DNA of 64,000 nt from Eledone cirrhosa. Lineage: Eukaryota. Where the stretch lies: assembly GCA_964016885.1 (NCBI GenBank), contig OZ024748.1:39060001-39124000 (forward strand), written 5' to 3'. The notes beneath the pieces are model-generated. The model had not been told where the DNA came from. It saw nothing but the letters and a program-made list of their open reading frames with translations, and did not search any database. Position 1 is the first letter of the stretch, and each line of letters starts with the position of its first letter. This document shows positions 14,734 to 29,018 of the stretch, piece by piece. The translations under genes and the position numbers were made by a program.

Positions 14734-14888
14734 TTCATTATTTAACGATCGTTTCTAGGATATATATGTGTTATAATTGGTATGCATATTCAACAGATCT
14801 ATGTACAAAATTATACAAAATTATACAAATTATCAAGATTAAATATACATACCAAACACATATATACGCCGTCTTCAGAAATAATGAA
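14734..14888 (-). ncRNA. Type I hammerhead with ~115 nt stem II (family B)
   Basis: Inverted copy of 19614-19768. Confidence 0.8.
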
Positions 14889-15697
14889 GTATATTTATTG
14901 ATAATAACAACAATTCAAAATTTCAGTTCAAAATTGACCAATGAAAACACAAAGGGTTAAATGCAGTTCGGTGTGTGTATATACATGTAAAACCCTTACA
15001 CATATTTTACAAAAATGTATGTATAATTTGTATACGCATACTAAAATGATGGATGCAAATACGAAATTTCAAGGTTAATGTCTCTGTGAGCTTACAATGC
15101 GCAGATAAGATACTTATGAAATCAAGTATATAAATATATTTTTTCATACTCACACATATCAGTACAATCACACATACACGCGCGTATATGCATAAATATA
15201 CACATAACCACGAACATACAAACACACACACACCCCCACTCACATTTATATATGTGGAAATAAAATCATAAGCACATGGATATTAATTCACTCACATAAA
15301 ACACTGGCACACACATTTTTCTAGATCAAGATACAGAAATTAGGTGGGAGGGGGGGGAGGGGTCAGTATTCAACTGTCTGAGCAAACTGTCTAATATAAA
15401 TGTATCTATAAATTAAGAAAAATAAAAAAATAAAACAATAAAATATAATAAATATAATATAATATACATACACATACAGATATATACACATACATACATG
15501 TACGCACACATAGAAATATTTACGCATACACACATACACACATACATATACAGTCATACACACACATACACTTACACGAACATACACATACACATATATA
15601 AAGATATATATATACACACACACACACACACGCAACACATACACACATACACATATATATAAAAATAAATAATAAAGATATATATCTATATATATAT

Positions 15698-15742
<45 letters not shown>

Positions 15743-16146
15743 CACACACATACATCTAAATATACATACACATACATACACACATACATGTACATACATG
15801 TACATACATATACGCACATCGATATACATATATATATATATACATATATATATATACACACACATAGACATGTAGATACATACACACACAACTTACATAC
15901 ACACATATATATATATATACATGTATATTCATACATAGAATTAGATATATACTCATACATACTTATGCACTTACTTATACTCATATATACAAATACATAC
16001 GCATCTATATATGCATATATATATAAAAAAAAAAAAACCACAACCTCATCCAACTCAGACATACAAATAAAAATAATAATAAAAAGGCATATGTATATAC
16101 ATACACACACGCATTAATAGAGATATATATATAGAGACACATACAT

Positions 16147-16182
<36 letters not shown>

Positions 16183-16183
16183 T

Positions 16184-16219
<36 letters not shown>

Positions 16220-16334
16220 TACACTCATACATATATATATATATATATATACACATAGATATCCACACACTCATACCACCATAAATACACATACAAACAC
16301 CCACATATATATATATATATATATACATACACAC

Positions 16335-16375
<41 letters not shown>

Positions 16376-16634
16376 TAAAAAACAGACATGCACATATATA
16401 TATACATTAATTACACTTATATATACACATATTATAAACACGTACAACCTCACTTATACATACATACACATAAGTTATATTATAATAATAAAGAATAATA
16501 TATATATATATATATATAAATATATATACATATACATATATATACATACATACATACACATACATACATACATATAAACATATACATACATAAATACACA
16601 CATACTAATAAAGACATATATTCACACATAGACA

Positions 16635-16682
<48 letters not shown>

Positions 16683-17796
16683 TATATACATATATACACA
16701 CACATATATACACAGACACATATATACACTCACATATATATATATGTGTGTGTGCGCACACACACATATGTACACACACACACACAAATACACATAAACA
16801 CATACATATGCATACAAGCACACACACACATACATATATCACATAGATACGAAGATAAACATATAAATAGAGAGACATACATATATATACAACACCCATA
16901 CACACACATACATACACACGCATATACATATACATATATATATACATATATATATTCCTATATATACATGCATACACATATATACACATATATACACATA
17001 CATACACATATACGTACACACATTCACATACACATACATATATAATGCATATATACACATATATACATACATATACAACCTCATATATACACACGCAATC
17101 TTACATTCATATTTGCATGCGCATCTATGTATTTTTATATTTAGATATAAATACCCAAACCTATATAGACACCTACCTACATATATATTCATACATAGAC
17201 GCTTACAAATACAGATGATAATAGTATGGGGGAAAGGGGGGGTTTGGAGAAGGGGATCAAAGTAAATATATGTTTCAAGAAAGATATAAAATTTTCCGTA
17301 TTTTTATCCAATGTATGTTCTTACATATTTTCAGTGTTAGGAAGTACTATGCATCTCAAAATAAATAAGTATATCATTAATCATATGTTAACTAAACCAA
17401 AGATAGTCAACATATTGATTTCTAAGGTGTAAATTAGTTAGGTTTATAATATTTGAAGCAGAATTTTGAAGTCAAACAGTAGTAGATTATTAATTACAGT
17501 ATAACTAAATTAAAGTTAATAACGTTATGGTATCAATATTAGGAAATGAATTTAGTAATAGGGAAAAAAATAAAATAAAGTATTACATCGGTAGTAGAAT
17601 ATAAATTATATGTTAACTAAATTAAAAATTATATATTTATTTCAATAGTATATGTTAATTAGGTATACAATACATAAAGCAGATACTGTATTTCATCAAT
17701 AGCATAATATAATTATATGCAAATAGAAATCAAAACTAATACGCATACATATACATATACATACACATACACATATACATACATATACACACACAC

Positions 17797-17853
<57 letters not shown>

Positions 17854-18752
17854 TATATACATACACATACACATACACACACACACATACACATACACGT
17901 ATACATATACATATCCTTTTTCAAAAAAAATTGCATAGAATATATTAACTAGGTATATATCCAAAACGCATCCCATTCTATGATTACATGACATTCTGCA
18001 ATTCGTCTGTACGAGGATACTAATTTTAAGCAAATTAAAATTAAAATTTTTAGGTTGATTAAAACTAAAACCAAATAATAAATATATTTCTAAAATGTAT
18101 ATTAATTAGGTCTATAATACTAAAAATTATTTCTCTGTCATTGGATACACGATATTATTTTGTTATATTTTATCTGTAAAAGAGTTATAATAAAAGGTTT
18201 AAATAAATTAAAATTAATCTTTATTAAATTAATCTGTATGTATATACATATGCCTTTTTATTATTATTTTTATTTGTATGTCTGAGTTGGATGAGGTTGT
18301 GGTTTTTGTTATTTTGTTATATTTTATCTGTAAAAGAGTTATAATAAAAGGTTTAAATAAATTAAAATTAATCTTTATTAAATTAATCTGTATGTATATA
18401 CATATGCCTTTTTATTATTATTTTTATTTGTATGTCTGAGTTGGATGAGGTTGTGGTTTTTTTTTTTTTTATATATATATGCATATATAGATGCGTATGT
18501 ATTTGTATATATGAGTATAAGTAAGTGCATAAGTATGTATGAGTATATATCTAATTCTATGTATGAATATACATGTATATATATATATATGTGTGTATGT
18601 AAGTTGTGTGTGTATGTATCTACATGTCTATGTGTGTGTATATATATATATGTATATATATATATATGTATATCGATGTGCGTATATGTATGTACATGTA
18701 TGTACATGTATGTGTGTATGTATGTGTATGTATATTTAGATGTATGTGTGTG

Positions 18753-18801
<49 letters not shown>

Positions 18802-19613
18802 ATATATATATAGATATATATCTTTATTATTTATTTTTATATATATGTGTATGTGTGTATGTGTTGCGTGTGTGTGTGTGTGTGTATATATATATCTTTA
18901 TATATGTGTATGTGTATGTTCGTGTAAGTGTATGTGTGTGTATGACTGTATATGTATGTGTGTATGTGTGTATGCGTAAATATTTCTATGTGTGCGTACA
19001 TGTATGTATGTGTATATATCTGTATGTGTATGTATATTATATTATATTTATTATATTTTATTGTTTTATTTTTTTATTTTTCTTAATTTATAGATACATT
19101 TATATTAGACAGTTTGCTCAGACAGTTGAATACTGACCCCTCCCCCCCCCCCTCCCACCTAATTTCTGTATCTTGATCTAGAAAAATGTGTGTGCCAGTG
19201 TTTTATGTGAGTGAATTAATATCCATGTGCTTATGATTTTATTTCCACATATATAAATGTGAGTGGGGGTGTGTGTGTGTTTGTATGTTCGTGGTTATGT
19301 GTATATTTATGCATATACGCGCGTGTATGTGTGATTGTACTGATATGTGTGAGTATGAAAAAATATATTTATATACTTGATTTCATAAGTATCTTATCTG
19401 CGCATTGTAAGCTCACAGAGACATTAACCTTGAAATTTCGTATTTGCATCCATCATTTTAGTATGCGTATACAAATTATACATACATTTTTGTAAAATAT
19501 GTGTAAGGGTTTTACATGTATATACACACACCGAACTGCATTTAACCCTTTGTGTTTTCATTTGTCAATTTTGAACTGAAATTTTGAATTGTTGTTATTA
19601 TCAATAAATATAC

Positions 19614-19768
19614 TTCATTATTTCTGAAGACGGCGTATATATGTGTTTGGTATGTATATTTAATCTTGATAATTTGTATAATTTTGTATAATTTTGTACA
19701 TAGATCTGTTGAATATGCATACCAATTATAACACATATATATCCTAGAAACGATCGTTAAATAATGAA
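19614..19768 (+). ncRNA. Type I hammerhead with ~115 nt stem II (family B)
   Basis: Stem I uucauuauuu/aaauaaugaa (10 bp); CUGAAGA; stem II uauauauguguu/aacacauauaua plus ugguauguauauu/aauaugcauacca; GAAA; cgaucg; UU. Confidence 0.8.
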
Positions 19769-19953
19769 CTTTTTTTGTTTAATATAAGGAATTGTTTGTT
19801 CATTATTTGTTTAATATTTTATCTTGACTCTGTATACCGTTTATCTTTCACCGAAAGTCGTTTTTCATTGCATCTCTTCTTTCCATGATATCCGGAATAC
19901 ATTGAGTTCTTCATACGGATTGGACACTACCGTAAACTCTTGGTAGATTTATC

Positions 19954-20015
<62 letters not shown>

Positions 20016-20020
<5 letters not shown>

Positions 20021-20140
20021 AAGGCGGGTAAAATTCCCGAGATCCATAGACGAGTTCTCTCCTGCGGTCTCTGTCCCTCATTATCGCTGCCATGTCCTGC
20101 ATCTCCAACAGACCAGTGTCTGTCCTTAGGGCATCAACAT
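20016..20140 (-). mobile_element. RTE 3' end fragment in (TA)n
   Basis: Reverse complement of 13100-13222. Confidence 0.85.
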
Positions 20141-20269
20141 ATATATATATGCAGATGTATCTAAGGGAAGTAACTCTCTTCAACATTCCCCTGTTCTAAA
20201 ACCACGTTTTTGAGATTAATAAACTTTACTTTTTAACATTGTTTCTCTTCATATGTAAAAATAAATAAT

Positions 20270-20455
20270 TGTTTCTACTTTTGGAACAAGGCCAGCAATT
20301 AGCCAGTGTATTACTGGTACTTTATTTTATCGACCCCGTAAGGATGAAAGGCGAAGTTAACCTCGGCGGGATTTGAACTCAGATCGTAAAGGGACGAAAC
20401 TATGCTGGAAAGCATGGCTTCCGACCCTCTACCGATGCGGACAATCCACTCTACA
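20270..20455 (-). mobile_element. tRNA-derived SINE (duplicate of 13350-13535)
   Basis: Near-identical sequence and flanks. Confidence 0.85.
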
Positions 20456-20516
20456 TATAAATAAGTATATATACATACACATACACACACACGCACACAC
20501 ACACACACACATATAT

Positions 20517-21195
20517 CTAAGTATCTAAGGCGGGTAAAATTCCCGAGATCCATGGACGAGTTCTCTCCAGCGGTCTCTGTCCCTCATTATCGCTGCCATA
20601 TCCTGCATCTCCAACAGACCAGTGTCTGTCCTTAGGGCATCAACATATGTTAACCTTGGTCTTCCTCTTCTAGTGTGTCCATGTAGGGGTTCCCAAAGGA
20701 GCACTGAGTGCAATGTCAACTCTGGATGTCGGTGAGCATGTCCAGCCAACCTCAGTCTCCTCTGTGTCACTTTTGAGCTGACTTTTGGGATGCTCCCATA
20801 CAGCTCTGAGTTTTTCATCCTCAGTGTATACTGATTAATGTATAATGATTAATGAAATATCTGGTAGAGAATGTTGAGAAGCCAGAGGGGATCACTAATG
20901 TAGGCGGGAAGCCGCTGGAATTGGTTGAGGACTTCTGTATTTGGGAGCAAAGATTGGGAATACGGAAGATTATGTGGTTGAGAGGAAGAGCAAGGCCTGG
21001 GCGGCGTGTCACAGCTTGAGGTCGGTGTGGAAGTCGGACCTTCGTAGAGACCTGAAAATCCGCCTCTTCATTGCTGTAGTGGAGTCTGTGCTGCTGTATG
21101 GGTCTGAGACTTGGACACTGACCAAGAGACTCACTCAGATGGTGGATGGGTGCTACACGAGAATGCTGAGGATGGCTCTGAACATTAATCAGTAT

Positions 21196-21198
<3 letters not shown>
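20517..21198 (-). mobile_element. Second RTE fragment with 5' inversion
   Basis: 3' part on minus strand 20525-20841; upstream part on plus strand ~20850-21198; acacacacatatat on both flanks. Confidence 0.88.
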
Positions 21199-21256
<58 letters not shown>

Positions 21257-21257
<1 letters not shown>

Positions 21258-22110
21258 TAGCAAATGACCCCCCGTCCATTGGACGGTGTCAGTTCTTGGT
21301 AGGGCTGCAATGTTAATGGTCAATTTCCGTGTTGTATGTTTAACTTGGAGGATAATTTTACCTGATCAACTCTTTCAATAAAAAAAAATGAGACGGTATT
21401 CAAAAAGAGCAAGTTTTATTTACAGATATGTGTCATTAAAATGTGAACATAGAGAAATGTATCGTTAGCCGTGTCGGTTGAACAATGTGTATTTTAAAAC
21501 ATCCATCATGTACACACACAAACACATACACACACATACACACATACACACAAACACACACACATACGCACACAATCCCAAGACGTGACGTTGTGGAAGG
21601 GGGGGGGGGGGAGTTAAGAAGTGTAATAAATAAGTTAAAATTATAAACGCTGTATTTATCATATTCGCGTCACACACACTCCTCTCTTTCTTTATTTTAC
21701 TCTCTCTCTCTCACTCCTCTCTTTCTATCTCCCTCTCACACATCCTTCTCCCTCTGGCCGTTATGGAAATTACACACACACACACACACACACACGCACG
21801 CACAAACACATACACACACATATACACACGCACATACACATACAATCCCATAACGTCGTGTTGTGGAAGGGGGAGAGTTAAGAAGTGTGTAAAAAGAACG
21901 CTCTCTCTCTTTATGGCCGTCATGGAATTTGTCTATAAGATTATAAAATCGAAGATTGTGACTTCGAAATTAATGATTATGAAATAATTTGTTCTTCATG
22001 TTACAAACGGTAGCCTATTTTGGCTATGTGGTTAATTTGACAGAGATGGATGGAATATTTTCCAAGTGAAACTCTTTTACACACACACACAGAACGGGAA
22101 TTATATATAT
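21257..22110 (-). mobile_element. Non-autonomous Helitron-like element (copy of 13637-14635)
   Basis: Same hairpin plus CTAG end and same body. Confidence 0.7.
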
Positions 22111-22182
22111 AACACTGATTCTCTTTTTTCTGTGATATCATACTCTGCTCTATGAGAGAATCGAGTGCTCAAACGGCCTACC

Positions 22183-22270
<88 letters not shown>

Positions 22271-22284
22271 TATTTATTAAAATA

Positions 22285-22360
22285 ACAGATTAAAGTTTAA
22301 GCAAAGAATCGCTGCTTTCACCCTTAACGGGATCTTCTGAAACTAACAAAGTCAATCTGT
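22285..22360 (-). ncRNA. Hammerhead-like fold with CAGAAGA (U4A) core (family G)
   Basis: Reverse complement equals 57618-57693. Confidence 0.6.
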
Positions 22361-23008
22361 AAACGCAGAACTGGATATTTCAAAAAACGTTGCAACCGGA
22401 GGAAGACAGGAAGACGATACTTTGGTTCGTGGTAACGTTCGCTGGCAAAGAACGGGAAAAAACGAATAATAATTAATAGGAGCGGTGAAAAACAATTACG
22501 CGCAGAGACAAAACCACGTTTATGGTATAAAAGAGGTCGTAGACTAATGTTCTCTTAGGTGGTGCATAGAGACGTTCTCTGGCAATGAACGAAAAAACGA
22601 AGATAATAAGTCATATGTGGAGCGTGGAGAACAATAGCACGCAAAGACAAAACCACGTAAATGGTATAGCAGAAATCGTAGACTAAAATTCTAACTAGGA
22701 GACCAAATGAATCTCCGCTACAGAGTTAAGAACAAAGTAAATAAATACGATACAGAAGTAATAGAAACAAATAAATACATACACGCAAACAGATACGTAC
22801 ATACACAAGCATACGCAAAATCATCAGCACCGTATACCCATCTGCCAGATAGTTGAACGTTCGAAAGTATACACACATACTTACATTTAAGTGCCGTACT
22901 AAGAGTGAGAAATGAAATTTCGTTTTCATTTTATTTCAACTTATATATATATATATATATATATATACAATATTAAATAAATGGAAACTATATTTATAAA
23001 ACCATATT

Positions 23009-23074
23009 TATTTCATTATATATATTTCAGGGATAACATATTAACAATATGCTATGCCTTCCTCAGACAAAATA
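23009..23074 (-). ncRNA. Type I hammerhead (family C)
   Basis: Inverted copy of 27400-27465. Confidence 0.82.
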
Positions 23075-24457
23075 CAATATAAACAGTTTTATAGATAAAT
23101 AGATTCGACATACCGTAACAACATCTACTTGCATTTGAGAAGGTTGATTTGGTTGTGACAAAATTGTACACAGAGAGAAAGAAAGAGAGAGAGAAAGAGA
23201 GAAAAAGAGAGAAAAAAGGAAAGAAAGACAGAAAACGAAGAAAAAGAAAAAGAAGAAATGCATGGAACAAAATGGAAAGATAGATAAAGAGAAGAACTTC
23301 ATGTAAAGAAACAGAAAGATATATATATATATAGAGAGAGAGAGGAAATAGAGATAGATACATATATAGAAAGCTAGGTAGAGGGACGACTGTTGAATAA
23401 CGTATCAATGATACATTTATTTATTTATTTATTTATTTAGCTCTAGTATTAATGTAAGGGAGATATATGGAGGGAAAACCAGCTGTTATATAGGGAGAGA
23501 AAAAATATAGAGAGAGAAAAAAAGAGAGAGAGAAAATTCAAAAACATCCAGACACAGGCGAGGCGTACAAACCTCTGTTTTAATGTAGAGGTACTAGTAT
23601 CTACAAAACCAGCCTCTGCATTGCAAATATCAGTATTCCTGAATGAGATATGTATCCACAATGTGTGAAAATTAATGATCTTATGTTTAGTTTTTTAAAA
23701 AAATTTCTATGTTTATGTGATAATTACAAACATGTATGTGAATGTACATGATCAATTCTGCAAACCCTAAGTTCACGGAAAGTATTCTCAATGCGGTATA
23801 AAAATTTAAGTATACATATATGTGTATATAGAGTCAATATTACTATTTCCGTCTCTACTCTACAAGATTATCTATCAAGCAAAGATAGAGCAGATTTCAA
23901 TATACTAATAAAAATAAAAATAAAAATATATCGGAAACAAAACTAAACTAAAAATAACAATAATAATAATAAGTAATAATAAAATAGAAAACTAAGAAAT
24001 ATTACGAAAGAATATAACATATTAAAAATATTACATATTAAAAAATTTACATATTAAAAATATAAAAAATAAAAATTAGGAAATACTACAGTAATAAAAA
24101 TAAAATAAACCACAAAGATCAACCCTTCAAAATTAATTGACAATATATTGCCAAGTTCATTATAAACATCAGAGTCGAAAAACAGATAAAGCCAAAAATT
24201 ATCTATCAAATCGCATCTAGCAATGATCATTTCAAAAAGTATAGGATGCCCAATTTGGTCTACATGTGTTCTTATATTTAATATAGAAGTTTATCTAGTG
24301 TAACGTTTATTCGAAATATTTGGAGCATCAACTTTTAGGATAGCTTAATTTTTCATGAAGAATGTTTAAATAAATAAAATAAAAATAAAAAGAGTAAAAA
24401 GAGAATCAAAGATTTATCGGCTAGTTTCCCATATAATTATAAATCAAACTAAATATA

Positions 24458-25123
24458 CTACATTTTAAATTTAAATTTATATTTAAACGTTGAGTTTAAT
24501 CTATGTTTGCAACAACTGAATAAATTTGTCCGTAGATTAAGGGAATTTTTAGATTTTAGTATAAAGAATATCTCCTCTGCGCAGAGGTCACATGTCTCAG
24601 AGGATGAATTAAAAGGAATCCCTCTTGAGACTATATTCCAAGCCGTCGAATATCTAACGTTATCTAGCTTAAGTTGCCATAGTACGCCTGATAGTGCCGT
24701 TGAAGATTTTTTACTTGGATCTGTGAAAGAATTCTTGTGGTTATTATAGCGAAGTTTAAATTCCGTCGATGTGGAACCGACGTAGTTAAAAGAATTAGAG
24801 TCAGTATTAACATTACAATTGTATACTATATTTTTAACTAAGCAGTTGTTATTTAACGGACATTTAGATCTATCTCTACAGTTACATTTGTTAACTTGTA
24901 TATTATTTATGCTGTTATCACTAGGTTTTAAGTTCCTATTATTTATTCTATTGATATTTTGTGCTAAATTTTTGGTGGATGAGTAGGTTAATTTAATTGT
25001 ATGTCTATTGAAAATTGAGTGATATCTATGTGTTCTAGGGAAGCGATTATCAAGAGCTTTAAAAAATAGTTTAGCGATGTGGGTTTTAATGTTTAGTGAG
25101 AAGGGGGGGGGGGGGCAAACCAA
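24458..25123 (-). pseudogene. PLE linker plus GIY-YIG endonuclease
   Basis: PPFS..KTHIAKLF..RFP..H..IFNRHTIKLTYS; CNCRDRSKCPLNNNCL; IVY..YVGST..FKLRYNNH; CDLC..E; CKH. Confidence 0.92.
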
Positions 25124-25253
25124 ATTATGTTCCTAGTTTTATTTCTTTTTTGGCCTTTGGAATTATTGTAATGCTTTCTATTATAGTTAAGGATGTTGCC
25201 GTAATTAAAAAAGTTGTTACTTTGTTTAGTTTGTCTATCATTATCTATGTACA

Positions 25254-25413
25254 GAGGGTCGGACGCCATGCTTTCCAGCATAGTTACGTCCCTTTACGAT
25301 CTGAGTTCAAATCCTGCCGAGGTTGACTTTGCCTTTCATCCTTACGGGGTAGATAAAATAAAGTACCAGTAATGCACTGGGTAATTGCTGGCCTTGTGCC
25401 TAAAGTAGAAACA
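25254..25413 (+). mobile_element. 5'-truncated SINE inserted in the PLE, with 14-bp TSD
   Basis: attatctatgtaca at 25240-25253 and 25414-25427. Confidence 0.9.
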
Positions 25414-27399
25414 ATTATCTATGTACACAATCTTATCAGCATATCCTGCTCTAGCTAATGCTTCATTGTAGTATTGGGCTTTTTCGTCGAAAATCTTTCT
25501 ATTCGACGAGATCCTAGAGATACGTTTTTGGACAGAGTTTACTATAGTGTATATATAACAGCATAAATAATATACAAGTTAACAAATGTAACTGTAGAGA
25601 TAGATCTAAATGTCCGTTAAATAACAACTGCTTAGTTAAAAATATAGTATACAATTGTAATGTTAATACTGACTCTAATTCTTTTAACTACGTCGGTTCC
25701 ACATCGACGGAATTTAAACTTCGCTATAATAACCACAAGAATTCTTTCACAGATCCAAGTAAAAAATCTTCAACGGCACTATCAGGCGTACTATGGCAAC
25801 TTAAGCTAGATAACGTTAGATATTCGACGGCTTGGAATATAGTCTCAAGAGGGATTCCTTTTAATTCATCCTCTGAGACATGTGACCTCTGCGCAGAGGA
25901 GATATTCTTTATACTAAAATCTAAAAATTCCCTTAATCTACGGACAAATTTATTCAGTTGTTGCAAACATAGATTAAACTCAACGTTTAAATATAAATTT
26001 AAATTTAAAATGTAGTATATTTAGTTTGATTTATAATTATATGGGAAACTAGCCGATAAATCTTTGATTCTCTTTTTACTCTTTTTATTTTTATTTTATT
26101 TATTTAAACATTCTTCATGAAAAATTAAGCTATCCTAAAAGTTGATGCTCCAAATATTTCGAATAAACGTTACACTAGATAAACTTCTATATTAAATATA
26201 AGAACACATGTAGACCAAATTGGGCATCCTATACTTTTTGAAATGATCATTGCTAGATGCGATTTGATAGATAATTTTTGGCTTTATCTGTTTTTCGACT
26301 CTGATGTTTATAATGAACTTGGCAATATATTGTCAATTAATTTTGAAGGGTTGATCTTTGTGGTTTATTTTATTTTTATTACTGTAGTATTTCCTAATTT
26401 TTATTTTTTATATTTTTAATATGTAAATTTTTTAATATGTAATATTTTTAATATGTTATATTCTTTCGTAATATTTCTTAGTTTTCTATTTTATTATTAC
26501 TTATTATTATTATTGTTATTTTTAGTTTAGTTTTGTTTCCGATATATTTTTATTTTTATTTTTATTAGTATATTGAAATCTGCTCTATCTTTGCTTGATA
26601 GATAATCTTGTAGAGTAGAGACGGAAATAGTAATATTGACTCTATATACACATATATGTATACTTAAATTTTTATACCGCATTGAGAATACTTTCCGTGA
26701 ACTTAGGGTTTGCAGAATTGATCATGTACATTCACATACATGTTTGTAATTATCACATAAACATAGAAATTTTTTTAAAAAACTAAACATAAGATCATTA
26801 ATTTTCACACATTGTGGATACATATCTCATTCAGGAATACTGATATTTGCAATGCAGAGGCTGGTTTTGTAGATACTAGTACCTCTACATTAAAACAGAG
26901 GTTTGTACGCCTCGCCTGTGTCTGGATGTTTTTGAATTTTCTCTCTCTCTTTTTTTTCTCTCTCTATATTTTTTCTCTCCCTATATAACAGCTGGTTTTC
27001 CCTCCATATATCTCCCTTACATTAATACTAGAGCTAAATAAATAAATAAATAAATAAATGTATCATTGATACGTTATTCAACAGTCGTCCCTCTACCTAG
27101 CTTTCTATATATGTATCTATCTCTATTTCCTCTCTCTCTCTATATATATATATATCTTTCTGTTTCTTTACACGAAGTTCTTCTCTTTATCTATCTTTCC
27201 ATTTTGTTCCATGCATTTCTTCTTTTTCTTTTTCTTCGTTTTCTGTCTTTCTTTCCTTTTTTCTCTCTTTTTCTCTCTTTCTCTCTCTCTTTCTTTCTCT
27301 CTGTGTACAATTTTGTCACAACCAAATCAACCTTCTCAAATGCAAGTAGATGTTGTTACGGTATGTCGAATCTATTTATCTATAAAACTGTTTATATTG

Positions 27400-27465
27400 T
27401 ATTTTGTCTGAGGAAGGCATAGCATATTGTTAATATGTTATCCCTGAAATATATATAATGAAATA
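27400..27465 (+). ncRNA. Type I hammerhead (family C)
   Basis: uauuuugu CUGAGGA aggcauagcauauu..aauauguuaucccu GAAA uauaua UA augaaaua. Confidence 0.82.
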
Positions 27466-27592
27466 AATATGGTTTTATAAATATAGTTTCCATTTATTTA
27501 ATATTGTAAATATACTCCAAATATTTGTCGAGTGCTTTTATATCAGTTATAAATATTTACTAGTTGTAACACAACAATTTAAATACAACTTT

Positions 27593-27638
<46 letters not shown>

Positions 27639-27645
27639 ATATGTA

Positions 27646-27790
<145 letters not shown>

Positions 27791-28180
27791 TATTTACGTA
27801 TCGAGAAAGAGAAAAAAAGGGGAGGATAGGTGATACATATAGTTATTTGCCAAGTACCGTATGCCAAACGTGCTCGATACTAGTGCCGGCTGTATTAAAT
27901 ATTCGAAGTGTTAATATTTAGTGGGCTAGAGAGTTAGCAGAGCGTAAGCACGTTGGAAAGTAAGAAATCGGAGAATAGACCGTTAAAACATGTTTATTTA
28001 AAATAGACCGTTAAAACATGTTTATTTAAAACAGCACCTAAAAACAATCACAGGGGATAATTTGTAAAGTGTGTAATCACTCACAGCTAGGTAGGTAACT
28101 AATTAAAATTGCGAGCAATGAACCTTGATGTGGATTTAACCCCAAAAACTCTTTCCGAGCAATATAAGGAACACTTTTGA

Positions 28181-28240
28181 TTATTTATGCCCTTGAGAAG
28201 CCCAACTGGGCGAAACGTACGTAGGTGCTGTTTTAAATAA
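28181..28240 (+). ncRNA. Type I hammerhead with U3:A8 core
   Basis: gccc UUGAGAA gccc-aacu-gggc GAAA cguacg UA ggugc; outer uuauuua/uaaauaa pairing. Confidence 0.7.
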
Positions 28241-28282
28241 ACATGTTTTAACGGTCTATTCTCCGATTTCTTACTTTCCCAC

Positions 28283-28374
<92 letters not shown>

Positions 28375-28520
28375 ATATATGGGGAGGGTCATATTGTTAT
28401 AATATTGCCAGAAATATATATATCACCCCACCCCAAATATAACAATATGCTTCAACACACGATTTCGTATCAAAAACCTTGTAAAACACATTCATCGGCG
28501 TTATATATATATATGTATAT

Positions 28521-28604
<84 letters not shown>

Positions 28605-28684
28605 TAGAAAGTGAGGTTTTTTTTTTTTTTTTGTTTTTTTTTACAAATTGAAAAATAACCGAGGTGTCCTACACGAGTGAAAGT

Positions 28685-28977
28685 ATAAAGAAAAAGAGAT
28701 GAAATCGAAAATGCAACTGGAGTCTTATTTTTTTTTTTAAATATATATATTTATTTGGTTCCTTTACCGGTTTCGCAGTTCTTCTGCTTTTCAAAAGTAG
28801 AGTTGAGATGGAGGGTCTGTGGTTTTTCTCACAGATGTGATAAAAACCACAGACCCTCCATCTCAACTCTACTTTTGAAAAGCAGAAGAACTGCGAAACC
28901 GGTAAAGGAACCAAATAAATATATATATATTTTTTTTAAATAAGACTCCAGTTGCATTTTCGATTTCATCTCTTTTT

Positions 28978-28983
<6 letters not shown>
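28685..28983. repeat. Near-perfect palindrome, ~145 bp arms
   Basis: Same peptide MVPLPVSQFFCFSKVELRW predicted on both strands. Confidence 0.92.

Positions 28984-29018
<35 letters not shown>

Larger units (their letters stand above)
14681..19821. repeat. Large inverted duplication (14681-16105 / 18390-19821), probable PLE 3' region fold-back
   Basis: Identical ORF translations on opposite strands (14766/19542, 15007/19259); spacer holds decayed PLE C-terminus motifs (SCNHR near 17980). Confidence 0.9.
22966..27595. mobile_element. Penelope-like (Naiad-type) element with ~1.95 kb fold-back arms (22966-24918 / 25556-27508)
   Basis: GIY-YIG ORF, long AT-rich 3' UTR and hammerhead occur in both arms; right arm carries an extra ~85 bp tail. 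Confidence 0.9.
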
